Of a stretch of DNA of 64,000 nt, positions 21,501 to 33,113 are shown in pieces. Source of the DNA: Paramoeba atlantica (lineage: Eukaryota > Protista > Discosea); the NCBI GenBank assembly GCA_977017575.1, contig CDRNVI010000225.1, forward strand, positions 1 to 64,000. The letters run 5' to 3'. Position numbers and translations under genes: made by a program. Positions within the stretch are counted from its first letter, which is position 1, and each line of letters begins with the position of its first letter. A model generated the notes under the pieces. The model was given only the letters and a program-made list of their open reading frames with translations. It had not been told where the DNA came from and searched no databases.

Positions 21501-22101
21501 TTTCAGCAGCAACACAAAGAGGAGTTCTTTCATCTTTTTGATTTAAAAAAATAGAAAAATGAGTAAGTGAAAAAAAAAAGAAAAATAAACAATCAACAAA
21601 AGAACATTAGGTGCAAGATCAACATTTGCTTTTCCTTTTTCCAATAAAAGTTGAACAATTTGTTCATGTCCATTTTGAGCAGCAATATAAAGAGGAGCTG
21701 CTCCGTACTTTACATTCAAGATACAAAAAAAAAATAGAAAAAATGAGAAAGTAAAAAAGAAAGAAAAAGAAAAAGAAAAATCAGAATCCAAAAAAACAAA
21801 TTCAAAATAATAAGAGTAAAAAAAAAAAGAAGAACCTTATTTACAAGATCAACTTTTGGGTGTGCTTTTTCCAATAAAAGTTGAACAATTTGTTTATGTC
21901 CATTTTTCGCAGCAACATAAAGAGGAGTTTCTCCATCCTTTGGAAAGTAAAAAAAAGGTTACAAAAAAAAATAAAGAGAAAAAAAAAAAGAGAAAAAGAG
22001 AGAGGGAAAAAAACCCAATTCAAAGGAGCGTTGAAAGGATGAAAAGTATGTTCTTTTTCTCTTTCTTTTTCGATTTCTTTTTTGATTTTAAAATGAACCA
22101 T
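18560..22101 (-). CDS. Ankyrin-repeat protein; 15 near-identical 102-nt (34-aa) cassette exons, a 99-nt repeat exon and short cap exons, all phase 0
   Basis: Cassettes translate like YGRTPLYAAAENGHEQIVQILLEKGKPNVDLADQ, each flanked by GT..AG introns. Terminal exons 19053-19151, 18746-18811 (DGKTVFDVAKNHKIVDLIIQLK) and 18560-18583 (GQTIKPA*). The start at 22101 is uncertain. Confidence 0.88.
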
Positions 22102-22581
22102 TTCCAATTCTTTGGAAGAAATTTCTTCAACACTTTTTTGCAAACAATTTTCAAGTATTTCCTGTTTTTTTCAATTGAAATAAAAATTAAAATAGTAAAC
22201 TCAAAAGAGAAAATAACAAACTCTTGAACAAGAAAAAAAAAAGGAGAAAAAGAAAGAAGAAAAAGAAACAAAAAAAAAGTTCAATGAACCAGAAATGAAT
22301 CTTCTTCTTCTCCTCCTCTTTTTTCTTCTCCGATCTGTTTATTCTCATTTCGAGCTCGTTTTGTATCTTGGTAAAAACCCTCTTCTCTCTTCCTCTTTCG
22401 GTTTTCTTCTTCCATTCTCTTCTCCCTTTTTCTCTTTTATCTCTTTCTTCTTTCTTTCCTTTCTCTCTTTCTCTTTCTTTCAGACAAAACAAAAACGAAA
22501 AAAAGTCGTTTTTTCCACACGTTTTTTGTAGTTTTTTTGGAGCTCTCGATAACTCGTTGTTGTTGTTCTTGCGTTGGGGTG

Positions 22582-24001
22582 ATGTTGTGGTGGGTGTTGC
22601 CTCTTCTGTCTGTCTCCCTTTCTCTCTCTGAAGAATTGAACAGAGTAACACCTGACCCATGGTCACACATCGCCATTCCTTTTTACATTTACCAAGAGAT
22701 TCTTGACGTGTTCGAGTCTACTTGCAAGGTAAAAAACCCATTCTGGAGTAAAGGAGCGAGTTACCACTGGCTGAACCAACTCAAAAACCATCCTTGGCGT
22801 CGTTATAACCAAAATGAGAGTCTTGTCTTTGTCATCCCAGCAAATTTCGATGCGATGTTGCACGAGGAATGCAAGAAAAATGTCTCAGAAGTGGCAAAAC
22901 TGGGTCAGACAATCATTGCCACTTTAGAACAGAGTGATGCCTTCCAAAAATATCAAGGAAGAGATCACCTCTTTCTCTCAACATACTTTAAAGTTTCTCC
23001 GTATTTCAAAACACATCAAAGACTTTCTTATACCCTTAGAAATGTCATATGGGCAGAGAGACTTGACAACAGTCACAGAAATTGTCAGGTCTCAGTTCTG
23101 CATAACGGCCCATTACCTCGCCCCAATGACGATAAACGAAATCACACTTTGTTCTTTGTTGGACAAGCGGATCGAAGAAGGGCATATCGACACAGAGTAA
23201 AAGCAATCTCCAGCTTGACGGGTGTTGGTGAGAACAATGTTTTACTTGGGACCCCATGTCGAGATGAAGTGCTTCCTCAATGCAACCACTCAGACTCAGG
23301 ATGTTGTGTTCCTCGAATTGAATTGAGTGAATTTCTTCGTTTGATGAGAGAATCCAAGTGGAACTTAATGATTGGAGGAGATACTGCAAGTTCAGGCCGA
23401 TTTCCTGAGGCAATTGCGATGGGGGTTCCCAATATTATTATCTCCCCTGGCGTTAAACATTACCTGTCTTTTCAATGTATCATTCCTTGGAAGAATTTCA
23501 CTATTCTCACAAACCCAGATATCTTTAAGGAACACCCTGAAACAACAATCCAAGAGGCTTTGTCAAAGTATGACAGTAAGTGGGAAGAGATGAAAGAACA
23601 ACAGGATTTATATTCAAAACATATTTTGTGGTCACATCCTAAAAGCCTTGCTGCTCGAAACACATTAGTTGAGAGTGTTCGAAAATGTTTTCCTGACCGA
23701 GTACCAATTGAAATACCCTCGATTCCTTGCCCAGAGAATTTCTTCTCAAAATTGGATTCTTTTTCTGGTTCCTTTTTCGTTTCTGTTATTTTTTTTTGAA
23801 TTTTTCTCATATTTTTCTCTCTCCTCAAAATTGTTTTCTTCAAATCAGCACTAGCAAAGAAATCTGCAATCCTAAATGGTTTTGGAAAATTTACAATCTG
23901 CTCTTGTTCTTTTTTCTTTTTTCTTAATTCTTTCTTTCTCAGATATTTTCGATAACAATGCTGCACCCTCTGTAAAACCTGCAAAAGTCTCTTTCTCTTA
24001 A
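22582..24001 (+). CDS. Exostosin-like glycosyltransferase, GT47 family
   Basis: Signal/anchor MLWWVLPLLSVSLSLS; LKNHPWR..FVIP; YQGRDHLFL; LFFVGQ; SKWNLMIGGDTASSGRFPEAIAMGVPNIII; LSFQCIIPWKNFT. One predicted intron, 23768-23942, giving the C-terminus SDIFDNNAAPSVKPAKVSFS*. Confidence 0.85.
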
Positions 24002-24180
24002 AATATTTTCATTGATCCATCACATGATTTGGAGGTTTTTCCTTTCTTCTCAGCATCAAAAGACAAATATAAATATTCCCTTACTCACCTCTTTGCCAAC
24101 AACAGAAAAAAACAACTTTCTTCTAAATCAACCAAGAAGTCTTTTTCCTCTTCCAAATCCTCAAGCTCTTCAAATTCTCA

Positions 24181-24316
24181 AAAGACCGACTGAACTAAGC
24201 TGAAGTTTAAAACTTCGCCTCTCGTTAGAGGTCAAACAAACATAATTTAAATGTAATCAAATGGCTTAGATTAAGGACTACTAATTGAATAAAGTCTGCC
24301 TCAAAAGGAAAAAAAA
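24181..24316 (+). mobile_element. 5'-truncated SINE copy 5 (3' end only)
   Basis: Reverse complement of the SINE 3' end (aaagaccgactgaactaagctgaag...gaataaagtctgcctc) plus A tail. No TSD found. Confidence 0.85.
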
Positions 24317-24380
24317 ACACAATGCAGTTCATTTCATTTGCGCTTCACTGCTTGAAGTTCATTCGATTTCTCTTTGTGTG

Positions 24381-24462
24381 AATAAAGTTTATTCTCATTT
24401 TCCTCTCTAAATCCTTGCATCACACACCTGTTTTATCATTTTCCCAGTTCACACATCCAACA
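24381..24462 (+). repeat. Dispersed repeat resembling an LTR 3' end, copy 2
   Basis: Matches 16931-17011. Confidence 0.55.
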
Positions 24463-24731
24463 ATATGTTTCTGAAGACCATTTCTTGTGTGACTATTTTG
24501 TATCCTGTTTGTTGAGTGGTATGACTACCAGTATTTGACTTCAAAAAATAAAATGAAAAATAATTTTTTCAATAAATTTTGAAAAATCAATTGATGAAAA
24601 ATTCTTTTGTTTTTTGATAATCTCATTTTATGTTTCATCACAAATTGTTAACTTTTGTTTTTTATTGCTTCAATAAAAAAAGTTGTAAAATTTTTAATAA
24701 AGAAAAATTTTATTTCTTGTTCTGTAGTTCA

Positions 24732-27700
24732 TTAACTAGTGCCAAAACTTTGTGGTGTACCAGATGTTGATGATGAACTTGAAGAAAAAATTTTGATTTG
24801 TCTACTAAACAACAGACCAGCCAAGAACATTACCAACACTTCAGTTAGAAACAACACAATAAACATGTAAATTGATGAAGTAAACTCAACTGCCAGAATG
24901 ATAATATACAACAAGCAACGAATCAAAAAGGAAAAGGTAATCAACCCCCCAATAAAAAGAATAAATTTTTTTGCCTTGTTAATATTTTGAGTTACAGCAA
25001 GAAACAGGCGAGTGTAATACAAAAATACCAAGACCAAAAATAAAGTGACTGAAATGATGATGGATTGATAAACAATTGCCAAGGTTCTTGTGTTTTTCTC
25101 CAATTCTTCATTGGAATCAGGCACACGACCAATACAAGGTGACTTTCCAGAACTAGTTTCTAAAAAACTAAAATGAAAGAGAGAAAAAAAAAAAGAGAAA
25201 AAAAAGGAAAAAAAGAGAAAAAAAGAGAAAGAAAAAAAAAAGAAAAAAAACCTAGAATCACTTCAGAATAAACTACGGTAACAATGATCCACAAACACCA
25301 CACAAGAAAGACACCAATATAAATGAATATATTCATTGAATCATGTACAAAGAAAGAAGATTTTGATGACAACCTCTCCCAAAACCCAATCGAAATAATC
25401 ACCAATGTGAAGAGAAGAAAGGTGGGGATCTCAAAAACCACAAACTCAGACAAATGTTCATTTTCAAAAATTCCATTTGGATACATAAACATGAAACAAA
25501 TTCGAAACACACACAAGATGGCAAACAAAATACTCATTGGCAGGGCAAGTTGCAATTTTCTCATTTGAAGACTGCATCCATCTCTCAGTTGAGCTAAGCA
25601 ATAATAAAGAAAAAGAAAAAGATCAATAATATAACACACCCCAAGTGTATACATCAATGCCTTTGTTTGAGTAGAGACATATTGAACATCTGTGTCCTTA
25701 TAATTACTCAAACGGTGGACAGGGTACAAACGAATAACACCATCAGAAGATGCCACATCACTATACACAATGTCAGAGCACCAAAATTCAGCATTTCCAA
25801 AATGCACTTGAACAACATCCAGTCCTAGGGGGTGAATTACTTCATATTTGTGATTTGAGGTTCCGAAATCGCGAACAGAGTAGGGGGAATCAGCATCACT
25901 TATTGATTCATCAGTATCCTCATGAAGCTCTCTCAAGAGTTTCAGGCACACTTCAAAGGTGTTGAGGTGGGTTGGGGTTGTGAAGGAGATGATGGAACCA
26001 TCTCCAGAGAGTTCTCCTACTATGGCTCCTTGTTTGTTTTGAACCGTTCCTCTTGACCTGTTTGTTTTTGTTAATTTTTGATTTGATTTTTGGTTTTTTT
26101 TTTTACAAACTTGTGGTCTTCAAAACGGAATGATACTGCAACGTCTAAATTCTTTGCATCAAACCATGCTTGATTGACAAGTGAAAGATTGAGAGTCGAA
26201 CAACCAGAATCCATACTTGATTCCAAAAAAGTAACACGAGAAGAAGGACCCTGTTGTTCAAGGAATTGATATCAACCAAAAAAAAAATTCAAAAAGAAAG
26301 GGGAAAGAAAGAGAGAGAGGAAGAGTGGAAAGGGGAGAAGAACCTTTACAAAAGAAGGTTCATTGGCACATACAGCTGAAATACCCACCAAATTTTCTCG
26401 ATTTTCATTTCGATTATAACAATCTGCTTTTAATTGTTAACTCAACATTTATTCAAGAGGGAGCGGAGGGAGAGGAGAGAAAAAGGAGAGAGAGAGGAGA
26501 GAGGAGAGAGGAGAGAGGAGAGAGGAGAGAGGAGAGAGGAGAGAGGAGAGAGGGGAGAGAGGGGGAGAGAGTGGGAGAGAGAAAAGAAAGAAAAGAAAGA
26601 AGGGGTAAAAAAGACAAAAGAGAAATAAAATTTACCCTCATCAGTTGTTTCATTTGATGAAGAGAGACAATCACACACAAGGGAAGTAAGGGAGTAAGCA
26701 ACAAAATTTGACTCACAAATCACCTCTGATCTCAACAAATACAAAAATTGCTCTTCAACAGCTTTGGCAACCCAGTCTTCAAGCAACAAGAATGACAATT
26801 GATCTTTCCATACAAACTGTTCTGTGGGTTCTGCTGAAACCCAAGTCAAAGGCCTGGGAATACCACCTATCCATTTTCCTGGTGTCCAATCCCATGTAGA
26901 CTGAGAAACACCACCTAATCACATACAAAAAAAAAATTAAAAGAGGTTCAAAGAGAATGGAGAGGAGAAATTGAAAAATTGAAAGATGAAAAAAAACCTC
27001 GGCATTCACACTCAGAGGTGTTTAACCAAAGGAGTTGGTTTTCAGGACCTGGAAGAAGACAACCAAATCGAGTTGTATCAGAGTTTTGACATTCTTGTTG
27101 GGTCATAGCAGGTTCAACCCACTCTCGCCACCAAAATGATCCATCTTCCTCTGAAAATGCAAGGCAATCATCCTCTCTCATAATAGAAAAGTCCCTATTT
27201 AATTGATTCACAAAAAATCATTGTGTTGACAAGAACCAAAAAAAAAAAAAAACCTGCAGCCTATTCCAGGTCTATCCATCTGTTGAATACAAAGGGGAAT
27301 ATCACTTGTCTCATCATGAGTTCCTGAAGTGAAACAAGCCCCAGTCTTTTCAAAAAAAAAAAAAGGGGGGGGGAAGAGAATAAGCAAGAGAGAGAGAGAA
27401 AAAAAAAAAGAAAAGAAAAATTAAAAAAGAAAAGAAAAGAACCTGAATGTCAACAGGATAATCAGTTGATCGTACAATTGTAGCCCACTCACGGTCAGAA
27501 CATGCTCCAGCCCCAAAACACTCCTCCTGTGAATACATAAAAATATTTAATTTCCTCTCTTTTCAATGGACACTTTTCCATTTCTACAGTCAAACAACAA
27601 AAAAGAACAGAAACAAAAAAGGGAAACAATAAGAAAGACATAAAGATTGAAAAGAAACCTCAGAAGTGCATTCATGCCAATCACTAACATAACACTGGAG

Positions 27701-30700
27701 GTACCTCTGCGCTGACTCATCAGCTCCGCATTCCTCCACAGGAATCAAAGGACATTGAGCCCAGTTTGTTGGTATTGTGGTTGTCTCCCCAAACTAACAA
27801 CAAATTAGTGGATGTTTAAATTGAATCTAATATTTTAAAAAAAAAAAAAAAAAAGGAAAAAGAAAAAAGAAGGGAATAGAGAGGGTGTGGTGAAGAAAGA
27901 CAAGCCAAACAAGAGAAAAGTTAACTTGAATACAATCTTCTTTTGAAATTATTGAAGGAATAACACAAATACTCTTGTCATACCAGAGTGTATCAATACC
28001 AAAACTCTTTTTAACATTTTGGCAACCAGGTTTAGAATTCATGTCTACGATGCAAGCTCCCTTCAATCCTGAAAGAGATAAACAACCAGGTCCATTGCAA
28101 TCAACTGTACAAGAGGTGTCTCTTGTTCTTTAAGAGAATGAAAGGATGAGAAAAGGGAGGGGTGGTCTTCAAAAAAGAAAATAGTGATCTAAGGAAAAGG
28201 AGAGAAAAAAAAAAGGATAAAAAAAGAAAACCTGCACTCCTCTTCGGTCAGGCCAAAGAATACCCGGCCATCTTCCATCTCACATCCAATCCCTTGGTTG
28301 CATGAAACTTCATCAACATTGGGAACTAATGTACAAGGAACAGAAGAGTCTGCTTCAAGTGGACAATAAACACAATGATTCTCTGTAAAAAGGGAAGAGA
28401 GAGTTCAGAGAGAGAGAAAAAAAAATTAAAAAAAATAAATTCAAATTGAAAACCAGTGCAAGAATCCAAATTCGACACACTACAAACTGGGTCTGGAGTG
28501 CAATCTTCCTCTAATGCTAATACAAGAGAGTACCCTGCATTACAAGAGGCATAACATGTTTCATAATTCTATAAAAATAAAAATAAAAAAAGATAATCAA
28601 TCCATTTTAATTAAACAGAAGAAGGGAGAAAAGAAAAGAAAAGAGAAAGAATGAAAAAAGAAAGGATGAAAAAAAACCTGGGGACATGATATCCCAAGAC
28701 AATTTTCAGCAGGACATCTAACATTCAATTCATCCAAATCACCAGGAAGAGTGAGACCCAACACAGTAGCTTTACAATCATTTGTTTCACTATCCCAAAC
28801 GTACCTTGACCTTTTCTCAATTTGAAGAGGATCACCTGGTACTACACAATCCTGCACAGTTGCTGCTGTTTTGAGAGCCTCAAAGAATTCATCTGAATCT
28901 CGCTGGGCATCACCAATTGAGGAGGGAAGAACTTCACGTCTGAGATAATCTTCAAGAGAGGAGGTCATCTTTTCTATGTAACAGGAGAGATATTCTTCTT
29001 CAAGTTGATTGGTTGGAGGGAGAATGCACTTGTTGGTTGATCGATCACAATTTCCACTCAAAAAGGCACAATCATTGTCTGCTGAACAATCTGTTCCTCT
29101 AAAGGTTTCTGAGGGATAAATTTTTGAATCAAGAAAATAATATTTCATAAAGACCAAGAAAAAATGAAAAAGAGAGAGAGAGAGAGAGAAAAGAAGAACA
29201 AACCAGTTATTCCAACCTCATTGAGGCAATCCCTCACAACTCTCTGAAGTTGAGCATCAACAAGGACAGCGAGAGCACGCTCTGGGTCCTGTTTTGTAAA
29301 CACCCATATTTAGAATTCAAACTCATGCAGCATCAAAAATACTGAAACACAAGAAAAACAAAAAGAAAAAAGAAAAGAAAAAAAATAAAACAAACATTAA
29401 TTCCAGAGGAACAACCCTGGATGGGGTCATTCAATTGATTCAAAGCTGTGGTAAAGTCATCATAGAAGGAAGCAGCACACTCTGGTACTCCACACTCTTC
29501 TTCAAGTTGCTCAGCAAGAGGTGCGTCAAATTCATTTTCAGTTACAACAATCGAAAATGGAAAGCAACAATTCACAGGCTGTCAGTTTTTTTGAGGGAGA
29601 GGGAGAGAGGGGGAGAGGAGAGGTGGAAAGAGGGAGAGAGAGAGAAAAAAAAAAAAGAAAAAAAAAGAAAAAAAGAGAAAAAAAAGAAAAAAAAGAAAAA
29701 AAAGAAAAGAAAAGAAAAGAAAAAAAAGAGAGACACTCAGTTGGGGATTACAACAAGGCTCATTGTTCCAAAGAATGGGGTCAGAATCTTGATCATATTG
29801 GCAGAAGGTTTGATCAACTCGATCAACCTTTGTGACCACACTTTCAAGTTGGTGTGTTGCTATTTTTTTTTGTGGTCAATCAAGTGAAGAAATAATAAGA
29901 AGGAAGACAACAAACCAGCAACAAGACAAGAACTGCTGGCTGTTGCTGCATTGTAGACATCCAAAGCATACTGAAAACTTTTTATGAGATTGAAATTCAA
30001 CAAAGAGATGGGGATTGTGGGGAGAGAGGAGAGAGAGAGAGAAAGGATGCGAGAGAGGAGAGAGAGAAAGGATATGAGAGAGAGAGAGAAAGAAAGGACA
30101 AACATTAATAGAGGAAATGCTTTCTTCAGTAGCAGAGATTTGAGAAGAGATAAGCTCTTGAAGAATGGAATATTTCTCATTATCACAAAGAGCAACAAGA
30201 TTGATTTCTTCAAAGGATGAAAGAGGAATGTGGGGCAAGAATTTGCTAACACTCTTTTTTACTGAAGAATCAGACCCACCATTTTCCAGGAGGACAACTT
30301 CTCCAGCTTGATTTGTTACAGACATGATTGCAATGGAACCCTACACACACAGTAAAAAAAAATGGAAAGGAAATGAAGAGGGGGTGCAATTAAAACTAAT
30401 TAAATAAAAAAAAAAGGGAGGAGGAGGGAGAGAAACCTGAGAAAAGAGGGTATTTGCAGAATAAGGAATAGAACTTTGAACTCGAGTCAACACAACAACA
30501 TAAAGAGTGGAAGCTTGAGGAGAAGCAAGAGTTGAATTTTGATAACTTCCAAACAAATTCAAAGGAATATTAAAAAGTGGAATTTCAGATGGAGGGGGAA
30601 AGAACACAAGGGGATCAGTGGAGGGAGCTGTCACCCACTCAAAACATCCAGACAAGAAATCAACACATGGAGCCTGTGTTTTTTTTATTTCAATGATAGA

Positions 30701-32836
30701 AAAAAGAAAAAAAAAATGAGGTGCTTTTTTTCTCAAAGTGGCATTGGAGAGTACATCAAGATCAAATATATTTCCAAAAAAGAGAAACAAACTTGAGCAG
30801 TCCCAAAAACAACTGCAGATGCTGATGTCAATGCTTCCTGGTAGGCCAGTGATGTGGCAATTTCTGATTGCAGTGGCACTCTCCAAGGCTGTGTTATTGG
30901 GGGGATGAACAAAAAAATTGAAAGAGAAAAAAGAAAAAGGAAAAAAAAAGAAAAAAGGAAAAACCAAAGACACAGTCGAAAATATCATGTGAACCAAAGA
31001 AGGGGTGAGGGGAACAACAGAGCAATGGACAATAGTTTGTTCATCAAAGCAAGCAGAGAAGGATAAACGATTTTCTCCTTTTGTTGTTCTCCCAATCAAT
31101 GAATTTCTCCGTTCTAAAACAAAAGAACACAAATGTTAAAAAAAAATTGTTTGTTATTATTTCACACACAATTTCCTTTAGAAGAAGAAGAGAAAAGTAA
31201 AAAACAAGAAAACAAGGAAAAAGGTGCATTCACCTGTCAATGCATCAGGATCACGAGGAAGGCAAAACAAGTCCAGATCACCCACTGAATCACCCAATGT
31301 TGCAGACACAGAGATGGTCTGACAACCAGAAGGGATTGGCAGCACCAAGTCAACAACTTGATTTCTTTAAAAGGTGAAAAAGAAAAGAGAGAAGAGAGAG
31401 AAGGAAGAGAAGGAAGAGAAGAAGAGAGAGAAGAGGGGTGTGAGAGAGAGCTCTCCATCATTCCTAAGTTCTCAAAACCACAAAAAAAAGAGAGAGAAAA
31501 CAAACATAACACTCTCATCGAAGATGTGAGAGACTGTAAGGCCATCCTCTAGACAGAACGAGATTGGGGTGTCAGCTTCATTTTCTGGGACCACCGAACA
31601 GGGCACTCGAATGGATGGTGGGAGTAATGGGTGTGTCTATCAAATAATGAAGAAAGAAAAAGGGGAAAGGGGAAAATCAGAATCAGAAAATTATTTTTTT
31701 AACAAGGGAAAATAAAGGAAAAAAAAAAAAATAGAATGATTTAACAAAACACCTGAGTCGAGGCAATCACTTCCACAATGAATGAGGTAGCCAATGCAGC
31801 TTGCACTGCAATTGAATAGGTCCCAAGAAGGTAATTTGTGTGGGCAACAGGACAAATTGTGATGATGTTTTGTCCCAAACCATCAGAAATTGGGATACTC
31901 CCTTTTTTCCACTCTGATTGTTCAGTATCTTGAAAAAAAAAATAAGAGAGAGCAAAAAACCTGGAGTCAGTGACCCAAACACACAAAAAAGAAAAGAAAA
32001 GAAAAGAAGAAAACACACACAACAAAAGAAAAAAAAATCAAAACCAGGAAAGGCGTGCTGATTGGACACCCTCACAATCGGAACACCATAAAATGGTCGT
32101 ATGATGACTTTAATTGCACGACAGTTATATTGTGGTCCCAGGAAAAACCGAAAGAATCCTGTTTCTCCTATTCCCAGTGTTGTTGTTCTGTTTTTTTTTT
32201 TTGTTAGAATTCTGTTTGGAAAAAGTAATAAATAATGAAAAAAAAGAAGAGAAGAATGAAAAAAGAATGAAAACGTGGAAGCTTGTCCAATTTGAAGAGA
32301 GGTGTAATTCATAGGAGAAGAACACCACTCCCCAACTTTGTCAAACACATCACCACCAATCTCTGCAGGACCACAGCAAGAAGGATTTCCACAATCTTCA
32401 GGCTGAAAAAAAAAAACTTTTTCAAAAAAATCACAGAAAAAAAAACGTGAAAAAAAAAAAAGGAAAAATGAAAAAAAATGAAAAAAAAATAAACTGTTTG
32501 TGAAGACCAATCACAAGGTTCACACTCCTTCGGCAAACATGATTTTTCAGCTCTTCCACAAAGAAAAGGGTCTGTAAAGCATGAGTGAGTAAGAGAGCCA
32601 AATCAGAACCAACTCAAAAAAGTAGAGAGAGAAAAAGAGAGACCTGCTGCTACAAACAATTCTTCATCAAATTCCATCTTCATCACCGAAAAATCAAACT
32701 CAGTATTGAAAACGGAAGTTGAGCTCGTCCAAAAATGACTCTCACGGAGTTGAGGTCTCGCTACCCCTCCTCTCCACCACCCACACAACAGAATCACCAA
32801 CATCAACCACCAATTTTTAATCCGAAGTCGTCCCAT
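24732..32836 (-). CDS. Multi-exon membrane protein: signal peptide, long Cys-rich ectodomain, C-terminal multi-pass (about 7TM) region
   Basis: N-terminus MGRLRIKNWWLMLVILLCGWWRGGVA. Many Cys-rich exons with GT-AG boundaries. Hydrophobic segments in ORFs 25160-25951 and 24732-25124 separated by short polar loops. Full exon chain not resolved. Confidence 0.72.
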
Positions 32837-33113
32837 GATAACCAAACACAAGGGAGGAAAAATCAGAAGAGAGAGAAGAGAGAAGAGAGAAGACAAAAAC
32901 ACAAAAGACTATTATAAAAACAGAAAACAAGAGTTAAAAAATAACAGAAGACAAAAGAGCGATTCCCCCCCTTGTTTACCCCGCGGGGATCAAGTTCCGA
33001 CCTGATCGAAAGAGGGTCACGTTTTTTTGTTCCAAAAAGCTCTTTGTCTCGCTTTATTATTCTCTGACTTTTTTTACACTTTTTCAATCTCTGTTTCTCC
33101 TTTTTTTTGTCTG

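Noticed and set aside
19290-21940. Regular repeat-spacer pattern resembling a CRISPR array
   Set aside because: The units are ankyrin exons with GT-AG introns. The spacers are homologous to each other, and no cas genes are present.
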